From the NCBI RefSeq assembly GCF_964204645.1, contig NC_134036.1, positions 7,505,093-7,569,092 of the forward strand: 64,000 nucleotides of DNA, written 5' to 3'. Under the pieces are notes generated by a model. The model had not been told where the DNA came from, searched no databases, and was given only the letters and a program-made list of their open reading frames with translations. Shown here in pieces: positions 46,251 through 57,800 of this stretch. How positions within the stretch are numbered: the first letter of the stretch is position 1; each line of letters begins with the position of its first letter. The translations under genes and the position numbers were made by a program. Source of the stretch: Tubulanus polymorphus. Lineage: Eukaryota; Animalia; Nemertea.

Positions 46251-46646
46251 TTAATCCATTAATAATATTTTAGATTTATTTTCAATGGCTTTATGATTTG
46301 ACTTATTTTCTGGTATAATAGGTTTATTGTCATCGGAATCATCTTTATCATCAGATTTGAATTTTGATTTATATATTACGCCTGATAATATAATAACTGT
46401 TACTAATCCAATTGTAATATATAATTTATAATTACTTCCAGCATTAGAAGAATTAGATGGATTATTATTTGAATCAATACCACCGTGTGGGTGCTGTACG
46501 GCACCATCAGATAAAGTCTGTGATTCATTTATATCAGTTAATTTCTTTTTCTTAGCTTTTTTTAATTCCGATGATCTTTTACCTAATTCTCTTGCCCATT
46601 TAATTTGTTTCTCGGATCTAGCCTTTTTCTTAACTCCATCACTCAT
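46251..46646 (-). CDS. Single-pass membrane protein, 131 aa
   Basis: Homologue of 6622-7020. Confidence 0.8.
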   Translation of the reverse strand: MSDGVKKKARSEKQIKWARELGKRSSELKKAKKKKLTDINESQTLSDGAVQHPHGGIDSNNNPSNSSNAGSNYKLYITIGLVTVIILSGVIYKSKFKSDDKDDSDDNKPIIPENKSNHKAIENKSKILLMD

Positions 46647-47223
46647 TTATTTTAGTTAATTTTTGTTCTGATTCATTTTCTGTTTCACTGTTTGGTTGTA
46701 GTACATCTGTTTCGTTCTTACCTGATTTATATTCCATAAGTTTGATGTTCGAAAATGTTATGACGCCAGTAGAAATTAATGTCATAACCGATCCTAATTG
46801 GAATGAAGCATAACCAACCCATTTTTGTAATTCAGTCATAACTAAATAGTCATTTTTTAAATCACTATATAATTTATTTTCATCATCAATTGGTATTAAC
46901 TGGTTACATAATTTTGAATAACATTTGACAATACCATCTGAAATAGAATCATTTATTCTAGCTAATCTTGACTCTTCATAAATCTTAAAATATTTTATTA
47001 CTTTATCTTTTTTCATAGCATCTAGTTCTTGAAAAGTAATGATTCTATTTAAAAACTCATTAGTTTATCCACCGGCAATCAATAGTTCTATATGATGCTT
47101 ACAATATAAATAGTATTCATAATCTATAGAATTAGAAACAACTGTATCTTTATTATCACTAATACCTAAATCATCTAATGTCTTTTCAATATCAATATTA
47201 TTCTTACTCGATTTCTTTGACAT
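46639..47223 (-). pseudogene. Homologue of 6027-6629 (194 codons) with a premature TAA at 47065-47067
   Basis: True start at 47223 (TAAATG). AAA in element A is TAA here, and there is an 18-bp in-frame deletion. Confidence 0.85.
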
Positions 47224-47472
47224 TTATATTAGAGAAATTTAATAAGAATAGTATTATAAGTATTCTTCAAATGATACTAGATAGTTAAAGTTAAAGAATT
47301 CTAGTATTGACTACTGATACTAGCTATTTGAATTTAAAGAATTTCTATTCGGATCTATTCAAAATATAAAGTATTCTCTTTTTGAAAAGAAAATATTAAA
47401 AATATAATAGAATTCGCTAGCTAGTTGAAGTTATTGTTTTTTAAATACTTTTTATTTAAAATCTATTATTCT

Positions 47473-48123
47473 TTAACCACTCATTAAAGACTCAACGTAT
47501 TGTTCATTATGTGTTGAATTCCATAATTCAATAAATTTTTTTACTTTTTCCAGTTGATTCAAATATAACTGTAAATCTATTTTATTAAATTTTATTTTAT
47601 TTTCTTTCTTTTCAAGAGGTCTTAGATTCTTCCAATTCCATATTAACTTCTGATTGTATTCATCATTCATGTCAAATTTAGATATTGGTAACACATGATC
47701 AATATGAAAATAATTGCCATAATTATTTATATTAATTTTATCATCGAATTGAAATATTATCCATGATTTGAAGAATTCATCCGAACAATCTAGTAAATTA
47801 GATAATGTGTATGAGTGACTGTCTTTACTGAATAATTGTGTTAATCTAGATCTTAAGCATTGTTTCAATCTAAAATTAAGATCTGTTTGATATTTTTCAT
47901 TTTGATAATTGTTAATATTCTCTCTATTATCTTCTCGATATTGTTTGGTATATAGTTTAATGCAAGTTTTACAGTAATATTGAAAACCATCTTTGCTAGT
48001 CTTACGCTTACTAAATTCTGTTAATGATTTATCTAATTCACATTTAGAACACTTCTTGTAGTATATGTTTATAACGCCAGTGTTATTTGTAATATTGATA
48101 ATTTTTGGTTGTTCTGGTTCCAT
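47473..48123 (-). CDS. Zn-finger plus HNH-type endonuclease
   Basis: CSKC..CKTC and FHIDHVLP..KNLRPL..KEN. Confidence 0.85.
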   Translation of the reverse strand: MEPEQPKIINITNNTGVINIYYKKCSKCELDKSLTEFSKRKTSKDGFQYYCKTCIKLYTKQYREDNRENINNYQNEKYQTDLNFRLKQCLRSRLTQLFSKDSHSYTLSNLLDCSDEFFKSWIIFQFDDKININNYGNYFHIDHVLPISKFDMNDEYNQKLIWNWKNLRPLEKKENKIKFNKIDLQLYLNQLEKVKKFIELWNSTHNEQYVESLMSG

Positions 48124-48202
48124 TTATTATACGTATTTTTTTACTAAATTGGTTAATAATTTTAGAATCCTCTTCCATTTCTTCGACCAACGTCATCCTT
48201 TT

Positions 48203-48454
48203 TCATTCCTCGCTGCTTTTGATAAGTTGTTTCGATTCCTTGATATCAAATTCCTCAACGTATTGTTCATTATTTGGATCATTATTCCATAATTCAATAA
48301 ATTTCTTTGCTTTTGTTAACTGTTCTGAATATAACTGTAAATATTCTAGTTTCAATTTATTCTCTAAATGTGTTCTAGTTTTATTGTGTCTTGCTTTTTG
48401 GGATTTATCTATATCGATATTACATGTTGGGCAGTAGTACTTATTTGCTTCCAT
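48203..48454 (-). CDS. 83-aa TIR-derived chimeric protein
   Basis: Homologue of 3419-3670. Confidence 0.7.
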   Translation of the reverse strand: MEANKYYCPTCNIDIDKSQKARHNKTRTHLENKLKLEYLQLYSEQLTKAKKFIELWNNDPNNEQYVEEFDIKESKQLIKSSEE

Positions 48455-48801
48455 TTTAATACTATATTTTTTATTAAAATTGATTTTAGAAGTTCAATGA
48501 TTTAAATGTTATTCATATATATGAATATTTTAAGAGTAATAGGGGTAATAGGCTTTCGGGTTAAAGGTTGAACGGGCGGGTGAGTAAAAATGAAAAACAT
48601 AAAAATAATTACAATTTCTACTTGAATTAGGAGTGAAACTCATAAAAATGAAAAATAAATTCGAGCGTGTGAGAATTTATTTTTCATTTTTATGAGTTTC
48701 GCGAGTAATTCAAGTAGAAATTGTTATTATTTTTATGTTTTTCATTTTTTACGAGCTCGACCGTTCGACCTTTGATCTGAAAGCCTATTACCCCTATTAC
48801 T
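48345..48801 (-). repeat. Right TIR of element B (48535-48801 is an internal fold-back)
   Basis: Inverted copy of 32293-32749. Confidence 0.95.
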
Positions 48802-51800
48802 CCGGTCAGCACTTAGTCGTTTTTCGAACAACCAGCACTGCCGGCACACTGACTAACGGGCGGACGACCGACCTACTGCCTCCCTCCCTCCCTCACTGCA
48901 CCGGGTCGTAACGCTGATCAAGGCCCGGTCAGCACTCAGTCGTTTTTCGAACCATCACTGCCGGCACACTGACAAACGGACGGACGACCGACCTACTGCC
49001 TCCCTCCCTCCCTCACTGCACCGGGTCGTAACGCTGATCATTGCCCGGTCAGCACTTAATCGTTTTTCGAACAACCACCGCCGGCACACTGACGAACGGA
49101 TGGACGACCGACCTACTGCCTCCCTCCCTCCCTCCCTCACTGCACCGGGTCGTAACGCTGATCAAGGCCCGGTCAGCACTTAGTCTTTTTTCGAACTACC
49201 ACCGCCGGCACACTGACGAACGGACGGACGACCGACCTACTGCCTACCTCCCTCCCTCCCTGACCGGTGCCGGGTCGTAACACTGATCAAGGCCCGGTCA
49301 GCACTTAGTCGTTTTTCGAACAACCACCGCCGGCACACTGACGAACGAACGGACGACCGACCTACTGCCACCCTCCCTCCCTTCCTGACCGGTGCCGGGT
49401 CGTAACGCTGTTCATGGCCCGGTCAGCACTTAGTCGTTTTTCGAACAACAACCGCCGACACACTGACTAACGGGCGGACGACTGTCCTAGTGCCTCCCTC
49501 CCTCCCTCACTGCACCGGGTCGTAACGCTGATCAAGGCCCGGTCAGCACTTAGTCGTTTTTCGAAAAACCACCGCCGGCACACTGACGAACGGATGGACG
49601 ACCGACCTACTGCCTCCCTCCCTCCCTCCCTCCCTGACCAGCGCCGGGACGTAACGCTGATCAAGGCCCGGTCAGCCCTTAGTCGTTTTTCGAACAACCA
49701 TCACTGCCGGCACACTGACAAACGGACGGACGACCGACCTACTGCCTCCCTCCCTCCCTCAATGCTCCGGGTCGTAACGCTGATCAAGGCCCGGTCAGCA
49801 CTTAGTCGTTTTTCGAACAACCACCACCGGCACACTGGCGAACGGACGGACGACCGACCTACTGCCTCCCTCCCTCCCTCACTGCTCCGGGTCGTAACGC
49901 TGATCAAGGCCCGGTCAGCACTTAGTCGTTTTTCGAACAACCACCGCCGGCACACTGACGAACGGATGGACGACCGACCTACTGCCTCCCTTCCTCCCTC
50001 CCTGACCAGCGCCGGGTCGTAACGCTGATCAAGGCCCGGTCAGCCCTTAGTCGTTTTTCGAACAACCATCACTGCCGGCACACTGACAAACGGACGGACG
50101 ACCGACCAACTGCCTCCCTCCCTCCCTCACTGCTCCGGGTCGTAACGCTGATCAAGGCCCGGTCAGCACTTAGTCGTTTTTCGAACAACCACCGCCGGCA
50201 CACTGACGAATGGACGGACGACCGACCTACTACCTCCACCCCCCCCCCCCCCCGGACCGGTGCCGGATCGTCACGCTGATCATGGCCCGGTCAGCACTTA
50301 GTCGTTTTTCGAACTACCACCGCCGGCACACTGACGAACGGATGGACGACCGACCTACTGCCTCCCTCCCTCCCTCACTGCTCCGGGTCGTAACGCTGAT
50401 CAAGGCCCGGTCAGCACTTAGTCGTTTTTCGAACCAGCACTGACGGCAGACTAACTAACGGGCGGACGATTGTCCAACTGCCTCCCTCTCTCCCTCCCTC
50501 ACTGCGCCGGGTCGTAATGCTGATCAAGGCCCGGTCAGCACTTAGTCGTTTTTCGAACAACCAGCACTGCCGGCACACTGACTAACGGGCGGACGACCGA
50601 CCTACTGCCTCCCTCCCTCCCTCACTGCACCGGGTCGTAACGCTGATCAAGACCCGGTCAGCACTTAGTCGTTTTTCGAACAACCACCGCCGGCACACTG
50701 ACGAACGGATGGACGACCGACCTACTGCCTCCCTCCCTCCCTCCCTCACTGCTCTGGGTCGTAACGCTGATCAAGGCCCGGTCAGCACTTAGTCGTTTTT
50801 CGAACAACCACCGCCGGCACACTGACGAACGGACGGACGACCGACCTACTGCCTCCCACCCTCCCTCACTGCACCGGGTCGTAACGCTGATCAAGGCCCG
50901 GTCAGCACTTAGTCGTTTTTCGAACTACCACCGCCGGCACATTGACGAACGGATGGACGACCGACCTACTGCCTCCCTCCCTCCCTCCCTGACCAGCGCC
51001 GGGACGTAACGCTGATCAAGGCCCGGTCAGCCCTTAGTCGTTTTTCGAACAACCATCACTGCCGGCACACTGACAAACGGACGGACGACCGACCTACTGC
51101 CTCCCTCCCTCCCTCAATGCTCCGGGTCGTAACGCTGATCAAGGCCCGGTCAGCACTTAGTCGTTTTTCGAACAACCACCGCCGGCACACTGGCGAACGG
51201 ACGGACGACCGACCTACTGCCTCCCTCCCTCCCTCACTGCTCCGGGTCGTAACGCTGATCAAGGCCCGGTCAGCACTTAGTCGTTTTTCGAACAACCACC
51301 GCCGGCACACTGACGAACGGATGGACGACCGACCTACTGCCTCCCTCCCTCCCTCCCTCCCTCACTGCACCGGGTCGTAACGCTGATCAAGACCCGGTCA
51401 GCACTTAGTCGTTTTTCGAACAACCACCGCCGGCACACTGACGAACGGACGGACGACCGACCTACTGCCTCCCTCCCTCCCTCCCTCACTGCACTTAGTC
51501 GTTTTTCGAACCAACACTGACGGCAGACTAACTAACGGGCGGACGATTGTCCGACTGCCTCCCTCTCTCCCTCCCTCACTGCGCCGGGTCGTAATGCTGA
51601 TCAAGGCCCGGTCAGCACTTAGTCGTTTTTCGAACAACCAGCACTGCCGGCACACTGACTAACGGGCGGACGACCGACCTACTGCCTCCCTCCCTCCCTG
51701 ACCAGCGCCGGGATGTAACGCTGATCAAGGCCCGGTCAGCCCTTAGTCGTTTTTCGAACAACCATCACTGCCGGCACACTGACAAACGGACGGATGACCG

Positions 51801-54800
51801 ACCTACTGCCTCCCTCCCTCCCTCAATGCTCCGGGTCGTAACGCTGATCAAGGCCCGGTCAGCACTTAGTCGTTTTTCGAACAACCACCGCCGGCACACT
51901 GACGAACGGACGGACGACCGACCTACTGCCTCCCTCCCTCCCTCACTGCACCGGGTCGTAACGCTGATCAAGGCCCGGTCAGCACTTAGTCGTTTTTCGA
52001 ACCACCACCGCCGGCACACTGACGAACGGACGGACGACCGACCTACTGCCATCCTCCTTCCCTCCCTGACCGGTGCCGGATCGTCACGCTGATCATGGCC
52101 CGGTCAGCACTTAGTCGTTTTTCGAACAACTACCGCCGGCACACTGACGAACGGATGGACGACCGACCTACTGCCCCCTCCCTCCCTGACCGGCAACGCT
52201 GATCAAGGCCCGGTCAGCACTTAGTCGTTTTTTCGAACAACCACCGCCGTCACACTGACGAACGGACGGACGACCGACCAACTGCCTGCCTCCTTCCCTC
52301 ACTGCACCGGGTCGTAACGCTGATCTAGGCCCGGTCAGCACTTAGTCGTTTTTCGAACAACCACCGCCGGCACACTGACGAACGGATGGACGACCGACCT
52401 ACTGCCTCCCTCCCTCCCTCCCTCCCTCCCTCACTGCACCGGGTCGTAACGCTGATCAAGACCCGGTCAGCACTTAGTCGTTTTTCGAACAACCACCGCC
52501 GGCACACTGACGAACGGACGGACGACCGACCTACTGCCTCCCTCCATCCCTCACTGCACCGGGTCGTAACGCTGATCAAGGCCCGGTCAGCACTTAGTCG
52601 TTTTTCGAACTACCACCGCCGGCACACTGACGAACGGATGGACGACCGACCTACTGCCTCCCTCCCTCCCTCCCTCACTGCACCGGATCGTAACGCTGAT
52701 CAAGGCCCGGTCAGCACTTAGTCGTTTTTCGAACAACCACCGCCGGCACACTGACGAACGGATGGACGACCGACCTACTGTCCCCCTCCCTCCCACACTG
52801 CTCCGGGTCGTAACGCTGATCAAGGCCCGGTCAGCACTTAGTCGTTTTTCGAACCAGCACTGACGGCAGACTAACTAACGGGCGGACGATTGTCCAACTG
52901 CCTCCCTCTCTCCCTCCCTCACTGCGCCGGGTCGTAATGCTGATCAAGGCTCGGTCAGCACTTAGTCGTTTTTCGAACAACCAGCACTGCCGGCACACTG
53001 ACTAACGGGCGGACGACCGACCTACTGCCTCCCTCCCTCCCTCACTGCACCGGGTCGTAACGCTGATCATGGCCCGGTCAGCACTTAATCGTTTTTCGAA
53101 CAACCACCGCCAGCACACTGACGAACGGATGGACGACCGACGTACTGCCTCCCTCCCTCCCTCCCTCCCTCACTGCACCGGGTCGTAACGCTGATCAAGG
53201 CCCGGTCAGCACTTAGTCGTTTTTCGAACTACCACCACCGGCACACTGACGAACGGACGGACGACCGACCTACTGCCTCCCTCCCTCCCTCCCTGACCGG
53301 TGCCGGGTCGTAACGCTGATCAAGGCCCGGTCAGCACTTAGTCGTTTCTCGAACAACCACCGCCGGCACACTGACGAACGAACGGACGACCGACCTACTG
53401 CCACCCTCCCTCCCTTACTGACCGGTGCCGGGTCGTAACGCTGTTCATGGCCCGGTCAGCACTTAGTCGTTTTTCGAACAACAACCGCCGACACACTGAC
53501 TAACGGGCGGACGACTGTCCTAGTGCCTCCCTCCCTCCCTCACTGCACCGGGTCGTAACGCTGATCAAGGCCCGGTCAGCACTTAGTCGTTTTTCGAACA
53601 ACCACCGCCGGCACAATGACGAACGGATGGTCGACGGACCTACTGCCTCCCTCCCTCCCTCCCTCACTGCACCGGGTCGTAACGCTGATCAAGGCCCGGT
53701 CAGCACTTAGTCGTTTTTCGAACAACCACCGCCGGCACACTGACGAACGGACGGACGACCGACCTACTGCCTCCCTCCCTCCCTCCCTCACTGCACCGGG
53801 TCGTAACGCTGATCAAGGCCCGGTCAGCACTTAGTCGTTTTTCGAACTACCACCGCCGGCACACTGACGAACGGATGGACGACCGACCTACTGCCTCCCT
53901 CCCTCCCTCCCTGACCAGCGCCGGGATGTAACGCTGATCAAGGCCCGGTCAGCCCTTAGTAGTTTTTCGAACAACCATCACTGCCGGCACACTGACAAAC
54001 GGACGGACGACCGACCTACTGCCTCCCTCCCTCCCTCAATGCTCCGGGTCGTAACGCTGATCAAGGCCCGGTCAGCACTTAGTCGTTTTTCGAACAACCA
54101 CCGCCGGCACAATGACGAACGAACGGACGACCGACCTACTGCCACCCTCCCTCCCTTCCTGACCGGTGCCGGGTCGTAACGCTGTTCATGGCCCGGTCAG
54201 CACTTAGTCGTTTTTCGAACAACAACCGCCGACACACTGACGAACGGACGGACGACCGACCAACTGCCTCCCTCCTTCCCTCACTGCACCGGGTCGTAAC
54301 GCTGATCTAGGCCCGGTCAGCACTTAGTCGTTTTTCGAACAACCACCGCCGGCACACTGACGAACGGATGGACGACCGACCTACTGCCTCCCTCCCTCCC
54401 TCCCTCACTGCACCGGGTCGTAACGCTGATCAAGGCCCGGTCAGCACTTAGTCGTTTTTCGAACTACCACCGCCGGCACACTGACGAACGGATGGACGAC
54501 CGACCTACTGCCTCCCTCCCTCCCTCCCTGACCAGCGCCGGGATGTAACGCTGATCAAGGCCCGGTCAGCCCTTAGTCGTTTTTCGAACAACCATCACTG
54601 CCGGCACACTGACAAACGGACGGACGACCGACCTACTGCCTCCCTCCCTCCCTCAATGCTCCGGGTCGTAACGCTGATCAAGGCCCGGTCAGCACTTAGT
54701 CGTTTTTCGAACAACCACCGCCGGCACACTGACGAACGGACGGACGACCGACCTACTGCCTCCCTCCCTCCCTCACTGCACCGGGTCGTAACGCTGATCA

Positions 54801-57800
54801 AGGCCCGGTCAGCACTTAGTCGTTTTTCGAACCACCACCGCCGGCACACTGACGAACGGACGGACGACCGACCTACTGCCATCCTCCTTCCCTCCCTGAC
54901 CGGTGCCGGATCGTCACGCTGATCATGGCCCGGTCAGCACTTAGTCGTTTTTCGAACAACTACCGCCGGCACACTGACGAACGGATGGACGACCGACCTA
55001 CTGCCCCCTCCCTCCCTGACCGGCAACGCTGATCAAGGCCCGGTCAGCACTTAGTCGTTTTTTCGAACAACCACCGCCGTCACACTGACGAACGGACGGA
55101 CGACCGACCAACTGCCTGCCTCCTTCCCTCACTGCACCGGGTCGTAACGCTGATCTAGGCCCGGTCAGCACTTAGTCGTTTTTCGAACAACCACCGCCGT
55201 CACACTGACGAACGGACGGACGACCGACCAACTGCCTGCCTCCTTCCCTCACTGCACCGGGTCGTAACGCTGATCTAGGCCCGGTCAGCACTTAGTCGTT
55301 TTTCGAACAACCACCGCCGGCACACTGACGAACGGATGGACGACCGACCTACTGCCTCCCTCCCTCCCTCACTGCACCGGGTCGTAACGCTGATCAAGGC
55401 CCGGTCAGCAGTTAGTCGTTTTTCGAACATTCACTGCCGGCACACTGACAAACGGACGGACGACCGACCTACTGCCTCCCTCCCTCCCTCACTGCATCGG
55501 GTCGTAACGCTGATCATGGCCCGGTCAGCACTTAATCGTTTTTCGAACAACCACCGCCGGCACACTGACGAACGGATGGACGACCGACCTACTGCCTCCC
55601 TCCCTCCCTCCCTCACTGCACTTAGTCGTTTTTCGAACCAACACTGACGGCAGACTAACTAACGGGCGGACGATTGTCCGACTGCCTCCCTCTCTCCCTC
55701 CCTCACTGCGCCGGGTCGTAATGCTGATCAAGGCCCGGTCAGCACTTAGTCGTTTTTCGAACAACCAGCACTGCCGGCACACTGACTAACGGGCGGACGA
55801 CCGACCTACTGCCTCCCTCCCTCCCTGACCAGCGCCGGGATGTAACGCTGATCAAGGCCCGGTCAGCCCTTAGTCGTTTTTCGAACAACCATCACTGCCG
55901 GCACACTGACAAACGGACGGACGACCGACCTACTGCCTCCCTCCCTCCCTCAATGCTCCGGGTCGTAACGCTGATCAAGGCCCGGTCAGCACTTAGTCGT
56001 TTTTCGAACAACCACCGCCGGCACACTGACGAACGGACGGACGACCGACCTACTGCCTCCCTCCCTCCCTCACTGCACCGGGTCGTAACGCTGATCAAGG
56101 CCCGGTCAGCACTTAGTCGTTTTTCAAACCAGCACTGACGGCAGACTAACTAACGGGCGGACGATTGTCCTACTGCCTCCCTCTCTCCCTCCCTGACCGG
56201 TGCCGGGTCGTAACGCTGATCAAGGCCCGGTCAGCACTTAGTCATCTTTCGAACGACTACCACCGGCACACTGACGAACGGACTGACGACCGACCTACTG
56301 CCTCCCTCCCTCCCCCCTCACTGCACCGGGTCGTAACGCTGATCAAGGCCCGGTCAGCATTTAGTCGTTTTTTGAACCAGCACTGACGGCAGACTAACTA
56401 ACGGGCGGACGATTGTCCGACTGCCTCCCTCTCTCCCTCCCTCACTGCGCCGGGTCGTAATGCTGATCAAGGCCCGGTCAGCACTTAGTCGTTTTTCGAA
56501 CAACCAGCACTGCCGGCACACTGACTAACGGGCGGACGACCGACCTACTGCCTCCCTCCCTCCCTCACTGCACCGGGTCGTAACGCTGATCAAGGCCCGG
56601 TCAGCACTTAGTCGTTTTTCGAACAACCACCGCCGGCACACTGACGAACGGATGGACGACCGACCTACTGCCTCCCTCCCTCCCTCACTGCACCGGGTCG
56701 TAACGCTGATCAAGGCCCGGTCAGCACTTAGTCGTTTTTCAAACCAGCACTGACGGCAGACTAACTAACGGGCGGACGATTGTCCTACTGCCTCCCTCTC
56801 TCCCTCCCTGACCGGTGCCGGGTCGTAACGCTGATCAAGGCCCGGTCAGCACTTAGTCATCTTTCGAACGACTACCACCGGCACACTGACGAACGGACTG
56901 ACGACCGACCTACTGCCTCCCTCCCTCCCCCCTCACTGCACCGGGTCGTAACGCTGATCAAGGCCCGGTCAGCACTTAGTCGTTTTTTGAACCAGCACTG
57001 ACGGCAGACTAACTAACGGGCGGACGATTGTCCGACTGCCTCCCTCTCTCCCTCCCTCACTGCGCCGGGTCGTAATGCTGATCAAGGCCCGGTCAGCACT
57101 TAGTCGTTTTTCGAACCATCACTGCCGGCACACTGACAAACGGACGGACGACCGACCTACTGCCTCCCTCCCTCCCTCACTGCACCGGGTCTTAACGCTG
57201 ATCATGGCCCGGTCAGCACTTAATCGTTTTTCGAACAACTTCCGCCGGCACACTGACGAACGGATGGACGACCGACCTACTGCCTCCCTCCCTCCCTCCC
57301 TCACTGCACCGGGTCGTAACGCTGATCAAGGCCCGGTCAGCACCTAGTCGTTTTTCGAACTACCACCGCCGGCACACTGACGAACGGACGGACGACCGAC
57401 CTACTGCCTCCCTCCCTCCCTTCCTGACCGGTGCCGGGTCGTAACGCTGTTCATGGCCCGGTCAGCACTTAGTCGTTTTTCGAACAACAACCGCCGACAC
57501 ACTGACTAACGGGCGGACGACTGTCCTAGTGCCTCCCTCCCTCCCTCACTGCACCGGGTCGTAACGCTGATCAAGACCCGGTCAGCACTTAGTCGTTTTT
57601 CGAACAACCACCGCCGGCACACTGACGAACGGACGGACGACCGACCTACTGCCTCCCTCCCTCCCTCACTGCACCGGGTCGTAACGCTGATCTAGGCCCG
57701 GTCAGCACTTAGTCGTTTTTCGAACAACCACCGCCGGCACACTGACGAACGGATGGACGACCGACCTACTGCCTCCCTCCCTCCCTCACTGCACCGGGTC

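Larger units (their letters stand above)
32293..48801 (+). mobile_element. Polinton/Maverick element B, 16.5 kb, near-intact
   Basis: Termini AGTAATAGGGG...CCCCTATTACT, 6-bp TSD CCGGTC (32287-32292 and 48802-48807) inside a satellite monomer, and 457-bp TIRs. Confidence 0.97.
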
